Positions 1 to 12,149 of a DNA stretch of 64,000 nucleotides are shown here, one piece after another (the stretch's first letter is position 1; each line of letters begins with the position of its first letter). This DNA comes from Octopus vulgaris (lineage: Eukaryota). The stretch spans positions 62,558,001 to 62,622,000 of the forward strand of contig OX597824.1 in NCBI GenBank assembly GCA_951406725.2. Direction: 5' to 3'. The notes beneath the pieces are model-generated. The model did no database searches. It saw only the letters and a program-made list of their open reading frames with translations, and had not been told where the DNA came from. The position numbers and the translations under genes were made by a program.

Positions 1-72
1 TTATTATTACTATTATTATTATTATTGTTGTTGTGTTGTTGTTGTTGTTTTATTATTATTATTATTGTTATT

Positions 73-108
<36 letters not shown>

Positions 109-165
109 ATTATTATTATTGTTGTTGTTGTTGTTGTTGTTACTATTGTTGTTATTGTTGTTGTT

Positions 166-201
<36 letters not shown>

Positions 202-220
202 ATTATCATTATTACTATTT
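1..220. repeat. Compound (TTA)n/(TTG)n microsatellite
   Basis: Visible trinucleotide runs; the ORFs at 25..222 and 33..347 are their translation. Confidence 0.97.
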
Positions 221-221
221 A

Positions 222-433
222 AGGCAGCGCGCTGGTAGAATCATTCAGACGCCGTGCAAATGCTTAGCGGCATTTCGTCCGTCGTCACGTTCTGAGTTCA
301 TATTCCGCCAAGGTAGACTTTGCGTTTCATCTTCTCAGGGACGATAAAGTGAGTACGAATGAAACACTGGTGCCGACGTAATCGACTAGCAACCTAACCC
401 AAAATTGCACGCTTTCTGCTTATAGTAGAAAAG
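222..433 (+). mobile_element. tRNA-derived SINE, family A (Deu/Nin-like central domain)
   Basis: A-box-like gctggtagaat, B-box gagttcatattcc, central ctttgcgtttcatc...gataaa, tail into (TTA)n; homologous to the copy at 17087. Confidence 0.85.
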
Positions 434-498
<65 letters not shown>

Positions 499-505
499 CA
501 TTATT

Positions 506-545
<40 letters not shown>

Positions 546-550
<5 letters not shown>

Positions 551-1257
551 TAGTTTTATTTTTATTTTTATAGCGTGCTTTCACTTCACTACCGAGCGCA
601 GCTCTGTGTGCCTTGGGTATGTGCTGTGATTTGTTGTGATGCTCTGATGGTTATTGTATGGAAATTGTTCTGCGTAGGATGTGGGCAGTGCCTAGTAGTG
701 CAATTTTCTGTATGTTATATGTGTTTGTAAGTCCTGGTGTTTTTGTTATGTATTTGTCTGAATATTTTTTTATCATGCCTAATGCACCTACTATGATAGG
801 AATTGTTTCTGTTTTCAGATTCCACATTCTAGTTACCTCTATTTCCAGGTCTTTGTATTTTGAGAGTTTCTCCATTTCTTTTAGAGACACGTTGTCATCT
901 GCCGGTACTGATACATCAATTAGAAAGCATTTTTTTTCTTCATGGTCTCTGACAACTATATCTGGTCTGTTGGCCTTAATTTCTCTATCTGTGTGAATCG
1001 GCATATCCCAGAGTATGGTTGCTTTCTCGTTTTCTGTGACCTTTTCTGGTGTGTGCCTATACCATCTTTTTTCTGTTGTTATTCCATAATGTTGGCATAG
1101 CTTCCAATGTATGTAAGTTCCAACTCTGTCATGTCTGTGAATATATTCCTTCTTAGCCAGGACTGGGCAGCTAGAGATAATATGATTTATTGTTTCTTGT
1201 CCATCTCCACATATTCTGCAGTTACTTGTAATATTTCTTTTCATTACATGTTTTTGG
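546..1257 (-). pseudogene. R4/Dong-like non-LTR retrotransposon, 5'-truncated (zinc knuckle + RLE + 3'UTR)
   Basis: CRICGDGQETINHIISSC (CCHC), HRHD, NRPDIVV...IDVSVP...EKLSKY RLE motifs; stop at 651; (TTA)n on both sides. Confidence 0.93.
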
Positions 1258-1259
1258 TA

Positions 1260-1320
<61 letters not shown>

Positions 1321-1321
<1 letters not shown>

Positions 1322-3785
1322 TATGTTTGACTTTTGCTTTATATTTGTGCAAGTTGGCTCCAAGTTTCACCCAGAGACCCCAAGAGACAACAGGTTGGAA
1401 GTCCATGTTTTTGTTATGCCTAGTGTGCCATATATTTGGGGTTTTTTTTGGGGGGGGGTTGTACTAGTGAATGTCTTAAAATAACGAAAATTACGTTTGT
1501 TTTAAACCTTGAGATTACATAGAAAGTATTTTGCGTAGGATATGAGCAGTTCCCGTGAGCACTATCTTTTGAATTTCTGCCATCTTGGGGTTTCCTGGTA
1601 TCTGAGTTAGGTAGCAATCAGCCCCTTTTGCTATCATTCCCAGGGCACCTATGATAACAGGTATTGTTTAAGCCTTCAGGTTCCACATTTTGCTGATTTC
1701 TATTTCAAGATCTTTATATTTGCTCAGTTTTTGGTAGGTCTTGACAGATACGTTTATATCGATTGGGACAGTTATATCTATGAGGGGGGGCATGTTCTTT
1801 GTCTGATGTCTTTCAATACGATGTCTGGCCTATTTGCATCGATCTTTCTGTCAGGTTGAATGGTGAAGTTCCAGAGGAGTGAGGTGTGGTCATTTTCAAG
1901 CACTGGGGATGGTTTGTGTTCCCACCAGTTTTTTTCATGGGGCAAATCCAGGTTTTTGCAAATTACCCAGTGACTATATTGTGCAGCTCTATCATGCCTG
2001 TTGAGATACTCTGTAGGCGCTAGAAGACTGCACTTGGAGACCACATGGTCAATGGTTTCATTTTGTTTCTTGCATACACGACACGTTGGACTGCTTGTGA
2101 TTTTTAATATGTTGGCCTGGTAGTTTCTTGTTGGTAGGCATTGATCTTGAGCTGCTATGATAAACCCTTCTGTTTCAGATTTTAAGCCAGAGGCCATTAG
2201 CCATTGATGGGTCAGGGCTTTGTCAACATCTGCATTATTCGCTCTCTTTGGGTATTTGCCATAGAGAGGTTTTTCTTGCCATTTATCATTCAGAATATCT
2301 AAGGCCGCATATTTAGCACGGGTTTTCATGCGCTTAGCTTTTTCTGTACTTGTTTCTTGTATGTCTAATTCCGAAATTGGTTGTATTCGGAATTCACTTA
2401 GATATTTCTTTGCCTGTTTTGTTACTGAATATGATGCTTTCTTGTTTTCATGTTTTGAGACAAGTTTTAACACCCAGTCCTCAGAGTTTTTCAGGTAGGT
2501 GTCTAGACCAATTGTAGCAATCTTCATTGTTATTGCCAGTTGTAAAAGTCCACGGCCTCCCTCTTTTCTTGGCAGATAAAGACGTTCTGTATCTGCCTTA
2601 GGGTGGTACATTCTATGCATTGTCAACAGTTTTTGCATTTTTCTGTCAAGATTACATATTTCAGTAATGGACCAGTTAACGATATTGAAACTGTAAGTCA
2701 CGACTGGTATGGCTAAAGCATTGACCGCTTCGATCCTCGCATTCAGCACTGTCTTGAGTATTGCTCTTACTCTGCGATAACATTCTCTCCTGATCCTTCC
2801 CTTCAACACTGAATGCCTTATTCCGTCCCCTTCAATTACCCCTAGGTACTTGTAGCTCTCCGCTGGGTCTAATTTGTTATGTCATTCTGCTGGTCAGGGT
2901 TAACATTAGATATTTCCGTCATTTTTCTTTTGATACAGGTAGCTTTTGCACATTTATCGAGGCCAAATTGCATTCTGATGCCATCACTGAATTTTTTGAC
3001 TATCGCTAGTAAGCCCTTGAGTTGTTGGTCATTCTTTGCAAAGAGCTTTAAATCATCCATGTAAATGAGATGATTTATATTTTTATCAAACATTTTATAT
3101 CCGTACTGCGCGTCATTGAGCAATTTTGAGAGAGGTATCAAGGGTAAACAAAAGAGGAGTGGTGATAGTGAGTCACCCTGGAAAATGCCACATGAAATTT
3201 TTACATCACCAGCATTTAGAGATTCATTGTCACTGTTCAAAGTTAGTGTGGTTCTCCATGATCTCATACTTACAGACAAGAAGTCTCGCAGAGTAGGCGC
3301 TATTTTATACATTTCCAGGCATTTCTTTATCCAGCTATGTGGTAGGCTATCAAAAGCCTTTTTACATTCTATCCAGGCTATTGATAAAGTTTTGTGTTGT
3401 TTGTGACAGTCTTCTAAGATCATATTATTGATGAGTAGTTGATCTTTACAACCATAGGATCCACGTTTACATCCTTTCTGTTCATATGCTGCTGTCGATT
3501 AAAAAGCTATAGGTATATTCCGTCAGGACAGATGTTAGCGTTTTATACATAGTTGTTATGAGTCTATAGTTTTTTGGTTCATTTGTTTCTTCACTTTTTG
3601 GAAGCAGGAATGTTAACCCATTAACTAGCCAAGGAGGCATCCTACTAGGGTGTTGCAAAACATCATTGTAAAATTCTGATAGCAGTTCATGGCTCTCTGG
3701 GAAGTCATTCAACCAGAAGTTACGAATTTTATCCTTTCCTGGAGACTTCCATTTGCTTGACCTCCTGAGAGCAGATCTTATATCT
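1321..3785 (-). pseudogene. R4/Dong-like non-LTR retrotransposon, frameshifted RT-thumb-ZnF-RLE
   Basis: ORF pieces with [46 protein letters not shown]; several frameshifts; bounded by (TTA)n. Confidence 0.94.
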
Positions 3786-3787
3786 TC

Positions 3788-3889
<102 letters not shown>

Positions 3890-3904
3890 ATTATTATTAT
3901 TATT

Positions 3905-4290
3905 GAGTGAGAGAGCAGTTCATGCCATCAAAGTGACACTGGGGTGTAAAATATACGAAGCCCAATATACCCATCATGACTACCCGTCTGATAAAGGTAC
4001 ACCAGGCACATGCATCACAACCATATGTGCGCGACATGGTGATCTCATATCAAGATGGTTGAGTAGCCCATCCTGCTCAAACGCTCCCTGAATAAGGGTT
4101 GCTTTAGGATGTTGAACGAAACACCTATGTTTCCAGAGGTGAACCATTCAAACTCCAAAGAATCCCTCTCAACACATGGCTATGATGCTCCCCCACTACT
4201 TCTGCTCGTGATCAGACATGCACATATCGTCAGCCACTAAGGGACATGCTCAACTGGTTAAGGTCAAACAACTGACAAGCAAATCTGTGG
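3905..4290. repeat. Unclassified interspersed repeat inserted in (TTA)n
   Basis: About 385-bp mixed-composition block bounded by (TTA)n tracts on both sides; no ORF motif recognised. Confidence 0.5.
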
Positions 4291-4308
4291 TATTGAGCAG
4301 AACATTTG

Positions 4309-4368
<60 letters not shown>

Positions 4369-4417
4369 CTATTATTATTTTATTATTATTATTGTTATTA
4401 TTATTATTATTATTATT

Positions 4418-4501
4418 AAGGCGGTAAGCTTTGAGAATTGATTGCACGCGGGGCAAAATGTTTAACTGCATTTCGTCCGTCTTTACGTTTTCAGTTCAAA
4501 T
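4418..4501 (+). mobile_element. SINE family A, 5' head fragment
   Basis: aaggcggtaagct...gggcaaaatg...tttcgtccgtctttacgttttcagttcaaat matches the head of other copies. Confidence 0.75.
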
Positions 4502-5827
4502 ACTATATATTTAAAGAAATATTTGCCATAAATTCTTCTAGGGTACTTTAGATATCTTCTGAAGCTGCAGACAATATACGGTTTGTCAAGTTTGAACATC
4601 CTTAATAATATACTGTGATAGTCATTTCAAGTTTATGCTACTTCTCTCCAACAGACCAAAAGAGTGCGTTCATCAAAAGTTGCTGAATTTGACTAATTGC
4701 TTATAGAATAAATGCAAAAATGAAACAATAAAAGAATTTTAATTACTTGGGAAGACGTACGCACTCGACATGAAAATTAATTACTTTTTGACAGATAATT
4801 AATGGAAAGAATTCTATTGATACGCTTAAAAGTTACAACTATGCGTAAATGCATATTTACAACTGTGCGCAAATCCTATCTATTATCTATATCATAGGTG
4901 CTGTCCATAAACCACTAGATTTGTTTAGCTGAATAATGTAACTTAAAATCTCTTTTGAACTTTGTACACATTATTTATTGCCTCTTCTAGTTTAGAGGAA
5001 ATGCAATGAATTTTCTAGAAATATTCTATTCATACATCGTTATGTTCACGTTAACGTTGCCTTTGCAGGCTAACAAGTTTTGCTAGAAATAATAGTTGGA
5101 TCACGCTCGAATTCAGTCCTGTTTTGTATGAAAGCAGATGACACATTTGACAGTATAGTCCTCGAGGCAATGGACTCATTGAAGGTGAAGCCAGTAACGG
5201 TCGTTATTAAAGATCTTGTCAATCAGTGATGTTAGACGGTGGCTAGCTAGGCAAGAACAAAAACTATCAGCAACAATATTTTACTGCTGAAGACTTGCTG
5301 AGATATAATAGCCATTCTCTATTAGCATAGCATATAAGGATATAAATGACAGGCGTGTTCAACTGGTGATAGCCTTATAGATTGAATATTCCAAAGGCTT
5401 GCATTACGTCTGACATCACCAACATTCCTTTCAAGGAAAATTATTTATAACTCTCTAATACACCTGCTAACTGTAAACAAGTTCAAGGTCAGGGCGTAGT
5501 TCAGTAAATGCTTGAAGCGTTCATCAATTAATTGCCATTGTTTAGAGAGCTGACAACGCTGAAGAAAATAACCTCCCAGAATCTTGAACATTATTCCAGC
5601 AATTACACTGTTGGATCCTTCCATCTATAATTTAGTATTTGTAGGATTCTTACTTGAGTGTGGATATACATGTATTCCTTGCTTTTATCCATCAATGGAG
5701 CCTATTAGTCATTAATCTATTTTTAACTACATATCTCCCAGAATTCTCTCTCAGTGGCATTGTGTCTCGATAAACACACACACACACATATACACACATA
5801 CATACATACACACGTAGACATACACTA

Positions 5828-5868
<41 letters not shown>

Positions 5869-5928
5869 AAATGAAGAAAATGCTGACAAATAATTGAAGT
5901 AATTTAAGTAATTTAATTAGGTGAAAGT

Positions 5929-5976
5929 TCTTTTTACCGGTTGCGCATTTGTTATGCTTATCAAAATATAAAAGAG
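5929..5976 (-). ncRNA. Hammerhead-like motif with variant core in PLE 3' region
   Basis: Minus strand: TTGATAA-GCAT-aacaa-ATGC-GCAA-CCGG-TA-aaaaga; 4-bp stem II, palindromic ACCGGT stem III, GUA site; core differs from CUGANGA/GAAA at three positions. Confidence 0.55.
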
Positions 5977-6003
5977 AGATTAGAGTCTGTCTCTTATATG
6001 TGA

Positions 6004-6205
6004 AAAAAAGAGGCTCCAGAGTTGTTTGGGATTTGCTTGGTTTCGCGCCTAAAATTTTGATTGGTCATTATGAAGGGGTCACGTGAATGTTTGAATGGAA
6101 GTTGGTGTTGGGGTAAGAAAAAAGGCTCCAGAGAAGTTAAAATTTGGCTAGTGTCCCGCCTAAAATTTCTTATTGGCCATAATAAAGAGGTCACGTGAAT
6201 GTTTA
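6004..6205. promoter_or_regulatory. Two diverged ~115-bp tandem units, each with CCAAT box and E-box (putative pLTR promoter)
   Basis: Each unit reads aggctccagag...cgcctaaaatt...ATTGG...ggtCACGTGaatgttt. Confidence 0.55.
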
Positions 6206-6683
6206 GAATTTTCGAAAATAGTGTTGTTGAAAATTCTTATTGTTCAGGCTGGTCAGTAGACGTCATGTGGATATTTTAAATAGCTTTTTAGCGCGTAGTT
6301 AGGGAGTGTATTTTCCGCTTGACTGGATAAGTAAGTTCGTTTAGAACAGGAAGAGCTGTATGTATGTATGTGTGTGCGCGCGCGCGCGCGTGTGTGTTTA
6401 TATGTATGTTGGGGCGCGCGCGCGTGTATATATGTGTGTGTGTGTGGGTAAAATTTTCAATATTTATAGTTCTGCTGGCCTTGTGCCTGTATCGGGAAGC
6501 AACGTATTTGTGTGAAGTCAATATTTACAGCCATTTCCAAAAAATAGTGTTGGATGTTTTGCACCCGTATTCAATTATGTGTATGTGTGGAACCATATAT
6601 TTGTGTGTGTCATGGTGTTAATATCTGGGTAAAGGTGTGTGTAGGGTGTGTGCAGGTGTAAGTGTGTTTGTTGTGGGTTCGTG

Positions 6684-8999
6684 TTAGGGGCATGTGTTTA
6701 GAAGTGGTCTGTATTTATTAATAAGGTGGGATTCCATGGTTATTCGCTGGGTATGAGTGGCATTGTCTTTAAATTTGTAGAGGGGAAAGATTCTAAAATT
6801 GGGATGGAGTTGTGCGGCACAGGTATCAATATGTGCACTAAATGCTATTTTTCTATATTCCTGTATTTTTATTTGGGATCTGTGGACAGTCATGCGTTGG
6901 CGGAGGCTATTTTTTGTTTGGCCTATGTAGTGTTCATTACAGCCCGAGCAAGTTAAGACATATACTAGGTTTTCTGATGCGCATGTGAAGTTGTGTTTTA
7001 CTGTGAAACGTTGTCCTTGTTTAAAAAGGAATTCCGGACCTTCTATTAGGTTGATGCATATACCACAGTTGGGTCTATTGCATTTGTTTACTGTGGGTTT
7101 AGTTGTTGTGGTTGGCAGTACTTTGGCATTTGTTAGGATGGTTTTCAATGATTTGGGTTGCCTTTTGCTCTTTATGATTTCGTGTGTTAGGAGGATTTGG
7201 TTCATTCTATGGTCCTTTTGTAATACAGGAATGTTCTGGAGGATGGTGTCAAAAGCTTCATTGTTGAGGGGGTTGTGTGTAGAGATGTATGGTAGAGTAT
7301 GGGGTTTCGATGTAACAGGTTTAGGGCGTCTAAGTTCCTGCGTGCTGAGTTTTAGGGCGCGTTGGATCCCATTGTCAATTAGTGACGTGGGGTAATCCCT
7401 GCTTGTTAATGTGCCCTTGAGTTCTTGTAGACGTAAGAGACGGGTGTTTTTATTGGAGACTATAGTGCAAATTCTCTTGGCTAAGTTGTAGGGAATGTTA
7501 ATTTTAACGTGTCTAGGGTGGCATGAATTGAAAGGGAGGTATTGCTTGGAGTCTGTGGGCTTGTAGTATATGTCTGTTTCTATTTTTTTGTTGTGAATTT
7601 TAATGAGGATGTCGAGGAAGGGAATTTGTTGAGGGCTGTATTCCATTGTGAAAATAATGTTTGTGTTGAGCCCATTTATAAGAGTGTGAAATTCGTTAAG
7701 CTTCTCGACGGTTTCGGGCCAAAGGATGAAGCAGTCATCAAGATATCTCTTCCAGTTCTTCTCTATGTGTGTGTGGAGAGTGGTGCCAAATTGGTTAAGA
7801 ACGTTATTATAGAGGGTGATTTCCAGGTATCCCATGACTAAGTTGGCGTAAGTGGGAGCTGTTTTCGTTCCCATTGCCGTCCCTGATTTCTGTCTGTAGA
7901 ATTTGTTGTTGAAGGTGAAGAAATTATTCTCTAAGATGAATTTGAGTCCTTCTAAAATAAATTCCTTTTTGATGCGGTGTGGGAGTTCGTTGGAGTAATT
8001 ATCCAGCCAGAATTGGATAGCTTCTATTCCTAGGTTGTGGGGGATGTTGGAGTAAAGATTGACTACATCGAATGTTACTAGCAGGGTTTGTTCAGCAAGA
8101 AGTGTATTGGGGAGGTGGTTGAGCATATCTAGATCGTCCCTTATGTAGCTTTTAATGTGTTTGAGGAACGGCTTGAGAAGGGTATCAATGAAGTTGCTAA
8201 GGCGGTGGGTTTCGCAAGCGGGACCTGCTATTATAGGTCTCAATTTGAGGTCATTTGGTGAGGGGACATTGATTACAGAGTTTGTGGCTTCCTTGCATGC
8301 CTTACTTATTAATTCGCTTTTATGAATTTTGGGAATACCGTAGAAGAGGCTGGTTTTACTAGTGAAATTTGTGATGAAGTTGAATTCTTTGTTAGTGAGT
8401 TCTTCTTTGTGGGGGTTGATCAGGGTTTTTAAGTTTCTCATAATTTTCTGTTGATTGTAGTGTTCAGCCTTTTCGTAATATGTTCCATTTTCCAAGGTGG
8501 AGAGTGCTAAGTTGATATAGTATTCTGTCTCCATTAAGACTACTGCACTTCCTTTATCGGCCTCTTTAATGGTGATAGATCTTTCATTTTTTAATTTGTT
8601 TAATTCTTCCCACTCTTTCTTGTTGAGGTTTGGTTTGGGTTTTGGTTTGTGTAAGTGTTGGTAGGGGAAGTTTGTAATGTGCTCACAGAATTCGTCTAGG
8701 ATTTTATTTCTACCTTTTCGTGGGGTGTAGTTGCTTTTATTTCTAGCTAGTGACTCATCCTCTTTGTGCTGGTCGAATAGTTCCTCACTAAGTCGCAATT
8801 TTCTACAAAATTCTGTAATGTCTTCCTTCATTTCGTAGTAGTTTGGACGTGGGGGGGTTGGTGTGAATTTCAGACCTTTGGAGAGTAAGTTGAGAAGGTT
8901 GGGGTTGGGTTCTGTATTGGTTAAATTGATGACTTTAATTAGTTTATGTTTCTCTTCCTGTCCTGTGTTATTTTGTTTGCCTGTATCTGTGTGCTGTGT
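6684..8999 (-). CDS. PLE reverse transcriptase + GIY-YIG endonuclease (715 aa from first ATG at 8831; frame open a further 56 codons upstream)
   Basis: IKEADKGSAVV, FYGIPKIHK, LRPII, FDVVNLYSNI, GTAMGTKTAPTYANL, RYLDD, IPFLD, YYKPT; CxxxxCxxC linker; NLVYVLTCSGCNEHYIGQT. The upstream in-frame segment reads VINLT...LLSKGLKFTPTP. Confidence 0.95.
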   Translation of the reverse strand, partial: TQHTDTGKQNNTGQEEKHKLIKVINLTNTEPNPNLLNLLSKGLKFTPTPPRPNYYEMKEDITEFCRKLRLSEELFDQHKEDESLARNKSNYTPRKGRNKILDEFCEHITNFPYQHLHKPKPKPNLNKKEWEELNKLKNERSITIKEADKGSAVVLMETEYYINLALSTLENGTYYEKAEHYNQQKIMRNLKTLINPHKEELTNKEFNFITNFTSKTSLFYGIPKIHKSELISKACKEATNSVINVPSPNDLKLRPIIAGPACETHRLSNFIDTLLKPFLKHIKSYIRDDLDMLNHLPNTLLAEQTLLVTFDVVNLYSNIPHNLGIEAIQFWLDNYSNELPHRIKKEFILEGLKFILENNFFTFNNKFYRQKSGTAMGTKTAPTYANLVMGYLEITLYNNVLNQFGTTLHTHIEKNWKRYLDDCFILWPETVEKLNEFHTLINGLNTNIIFTMEYSPQQIPFLDILIKIHNKKIETDIYYKPTDSKQYLPFNSCHPRHVKINIPYNLAKRICTIVSNKNTRLLRLQELKGTLTSRDYPTSLIDNGIQRALKLSTQELRRPKPVTSKPHTLPYISTHNPLNNEAFDTILQNIPVLQKDHRMNQILLTHEIIKSKRQPKSLKTILTNAKVLPTTTTKPTVNKCNRPNCGICINLIEGPEFLFKQGQRFTVKHNFTCASENLVYVLTCSGCNEHYIGQTKNSLRQRMTVHRSQIKIQEYRKIAFSAHIDTCAAQLHPNFRIFPLYKFKDNATHTQRITMESHLINKYRPLLNTCP

Positions 9000-9426
9000 C
9001 TAAAAAATGGTTGGGGTAGAGGGGTTGTCTGTTGGTGTTAGGAGGTCCTGTGTGTTTGTTATATTCCTTGTTGTGAAATATGGTTCGGGTTCGTGGTTGT
9101 GGATAGAATGGGGTGTTCCTGTATTGCGGGTGTTGGTGTGTGTTTCTTTGTGTTGTGATGGATTGTGGTGATATGAGTGGCCTGCGTGGGTGCTTGTATC
9201 GAGTGGTATGGGTTTGTTGTGTATTGTGAGAGTTGAGAAAGTGAAAATTACCTTGTTGTCCCCTCGTGGTGTGGATGTTGTTGTGTCTATCCTGGTAGTG
9301 GGATCCTCTTTTATTTGTTAATAAGGTATTCGAGTAGTTGTTGAGTTGTTGTGTGTAGCGTCTCCTTGAAGAGGGAAATTCGTTAATGTAATTCTGGTGG
9401 TGAGGGTTTCCAGGGTTCTTGTTCCT

Positions 9427-9430
<4 letters not shown>
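8968..9430 (-). CDS. Upstream N/Q/R/H/P-rich ORF of the PLE (3' part only, overlaps start of RT frame)
   Basis: About 154 stop-free codons from the (TA)n junction, ending HFLDTAHRYRQTK*; the Met given in the track lies in flanking microsatellite. Confidence 0.5.
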
Positions 9431-9476
<46 letters not shown>

Positions 9477-11238
9477 TATACACACGTAAACAGGCACGCC
9501 CACATACTCAAACGTATACAGATGATTTCGTTAGATTAAAGGCAAGTGCATACTAATGATTAATAGTTAATTATTTCCGTTTATTTAATCATGATTCAAA
9601 ACAATGGCAGTAAGAAGTAATATTCTCTTTAAATGATGCTAGTTAAACACGAAAATTTTAATTAGCGCATTGCAATCATTTAAAAGTTACTACACTTAAT
9701 GCCACCTACTTTAAAACATTTTAGACAGAAGTATTTTAATATTCCATATGTTACTGTATCTAAATAAGACACGCACAGACTGGCAGGGTATATTTATCAT
9801 CTATGAAAATTAATAGGAAAATATTCGCAGAAACCATTTTCAAATACGTTCTACATAAATACCTCAACTTGCAGTTGAGGCAATTGCCATTAAAAATCAA
9901 GAAAACCAGATAGGACTTGTGGATTCTTTCAACGTGCCTACGTGACTTAAATGTAATAGTAACAAAACCATAAATTAGCAATGCATGTCTAGGATAGTGG
10001 TTGATCTGAAGACTCAGGTCAATTGCATCATGTGAATATATCCTATTCAGAAATCGTGGAGGTGATGATTATGCTTTTAAATGTTAAGTGACATTTGGAC
10101 CGCCTGTGAATTTTCATCATGAAAACATACAAAGTATACAGCAGAAACAAGCAGGGTGTTAATCAAAAATAAGAAATTCTGGTGATGATCTGTTTAACAC
10201 TACATCGATTTGACTGTGAAAGAAAATAGTCCATGATTGTGAGCGAATTTAATAAATTCATATAACTTCAAAATGTTAAGCCAAAATCATAGGTATGATC
10301 ATCCCTGATCTATATAGGAATAGACACAGCAATGATTTCACTGTACTTTATTTACAGCTACCATTGCTCTGATTCTGTTCTTCCGCGTTTACCCTTAGAT
10401 TGAGTGACTAGTTCACGTGATATGAGGACATGTTCGCAAATTAGTGGGCTTATATGTAACATATTTTGGGGCTAACCTTTTCCGAAACCTCTATACTTCG
10501 GCCAAAATACCACCCTCTGTACTTAACCCACAAGAGGGTACCTTGCCATGTACTATTGTGTAGGGTTAGAATGGAGTTGGGGTTAGTAATGACTAAGTTT
10601 TAACTTCACATGACCCTTAACGAATGAATTATTGACATGCATCTTGGCCATTGGAAAAAATGAAAAAACTTTACCTAAAATATATTTTGCTGGTAAAAAG
10701 GGTATTTACCTTAATATATATGTACTACTGAAAAGAGTTAATACAATAGGAAGAACGTCGAGTAAAATGATCTATGGTAATTTCCCGACCCTGCATTCAA
10801 ATCCCGCCGAAGATAAGTTCGCGTTTCATCGTTCTGCGCAGAAGAAAATAAAGTGTAACACAAGTATTCGGGTCTATGGTACGACTAATACTCTCTCCTC
10901 CAAATAACTGATCTTACATTCTATAATAGAGATTAGCATTTTAACATACTACGTACTTAATTATCAAACTAGTGGTGAAGAATGAGTGGTCTATTTCATT
11001 TACGTTAGTCCTTCATCTTTATTCGCTATAGAGTCAGTGTTCTCTTGTGAGTTATTGAGTATACAGGTCTATGATGATATTTCGACATAGGTGGATGAAA
11101 CGTTTTTGGATAATAGCAACTATTCTGTCTAGGGGATGTATTTCTCTGGAAGAAAAACATGGGTGTAACTTTTATACACACACACATACATACATACATA
11201 CATACATACATACATACATACATACATACATACATACA

Positions 11239-11269
<31 letters not shown>

Positions 11270-11649
11270 GGGCGTGGAAAAAATAGCACTAATGTAGCAT
11301 TAGTGACAGAAAATTTATTCCTGATATCTCCTTAATCCAGTATCTAAATAAAACTCATGATCATATGTTAGAATGTATTTCAATATACTTGTAGTTATTG
11401 TTATGAATATACATTTAGACTATAATTTATAAAACTATTAGATTAATAAATTAATATAAACATCTGCGCGATATTAATTAAGCAGAGTCTGGAAACGTAG
11501 GAAGCAAGTTTGTTTAAGTACGACATGACGTTATCATATTAAAATATCCTTATAAAAGCTAAGATTTTACAAAAAGTCATGTTCGGTCTTATAATCAAAA
11601 CATTCTGTTGTTCCTATAACGATCTTTATAAAGGAATGTTAAATTTTCA

Positions 11650-12030
11650 CGATTTGGCAGAGTTGTTAGCGCGCTGGTCAAAATGCTTAGCGGTATTTCC
11701 ACCTTTCGGGGTCGATAAAATAAATATCACTTGGGTCGATGTAATGGACTTATCCCCTCCTCCGAATATACTAGTCTTGTACCTAAATTTGAAATATTAT
11801 TTGTGTGTTTAGGTATTACGCAATCTTTAACGTGGTGGAAAAAATGATTAGCGGCATTTAACCTGGATAAAAAATTCCTGCGTTGAAATCCCACTGAAGT
11901 CAACTTTCTCTGTCATCCTTTCGGGGTTTCTGAAATAAAATCCCAATGAAGTGCCGGTATCACTGGAATCGACTTGTACGTTCTCTTCAAATTTGCTGGC
12001 GTTGTGCAAAAATGAGAAAGTTAGAAAAAT
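11650..12030. mobile_element. Two decayed SINE family A copies (about 11650-11800 plus; about 11847-12030 minus)
   Basis: ggcagagttgttagcgcg...aaatgcttagcggtatttc...cctttcggggtcgataaa, plus a second diverged copy; orientation of the second is uncertain. Confidence 0.6.
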
Positions 12031-12149
12031 TATTATTAAATCTAAATGTATCCAAGCTTTCATAAAAGTATAGATGTACATAAAATGAGAAAGTGAGAGT
12101 AAGATTACTGGCTAGATAAATGAGCACCGAGATAGGCATCCATCTTTTA

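Larger units (their letters stand above)
5861..9430 (-). mobile_element. Penelope-like element (Neptune-type), 5'-truncated, flanked by (TA)n
   Basis: Contains the intact RT+GIY-YIG frame and a 3' pLTR-like region with an HHR-like motif; both ends abut (TA)n tracts (5829-5860 and 9429-9466). Confidence 0.85.

Noticed and set aside
9001-9007. Classical -1 frameshift linking the upstream ORF to RT
   Set aside because: The -1 frame stops about 20 codons later; RT is in the +1 frame.
10385-10710. Possible second element with gggttag motifs
   Set aside because: No convincing TIR pair or TSD.
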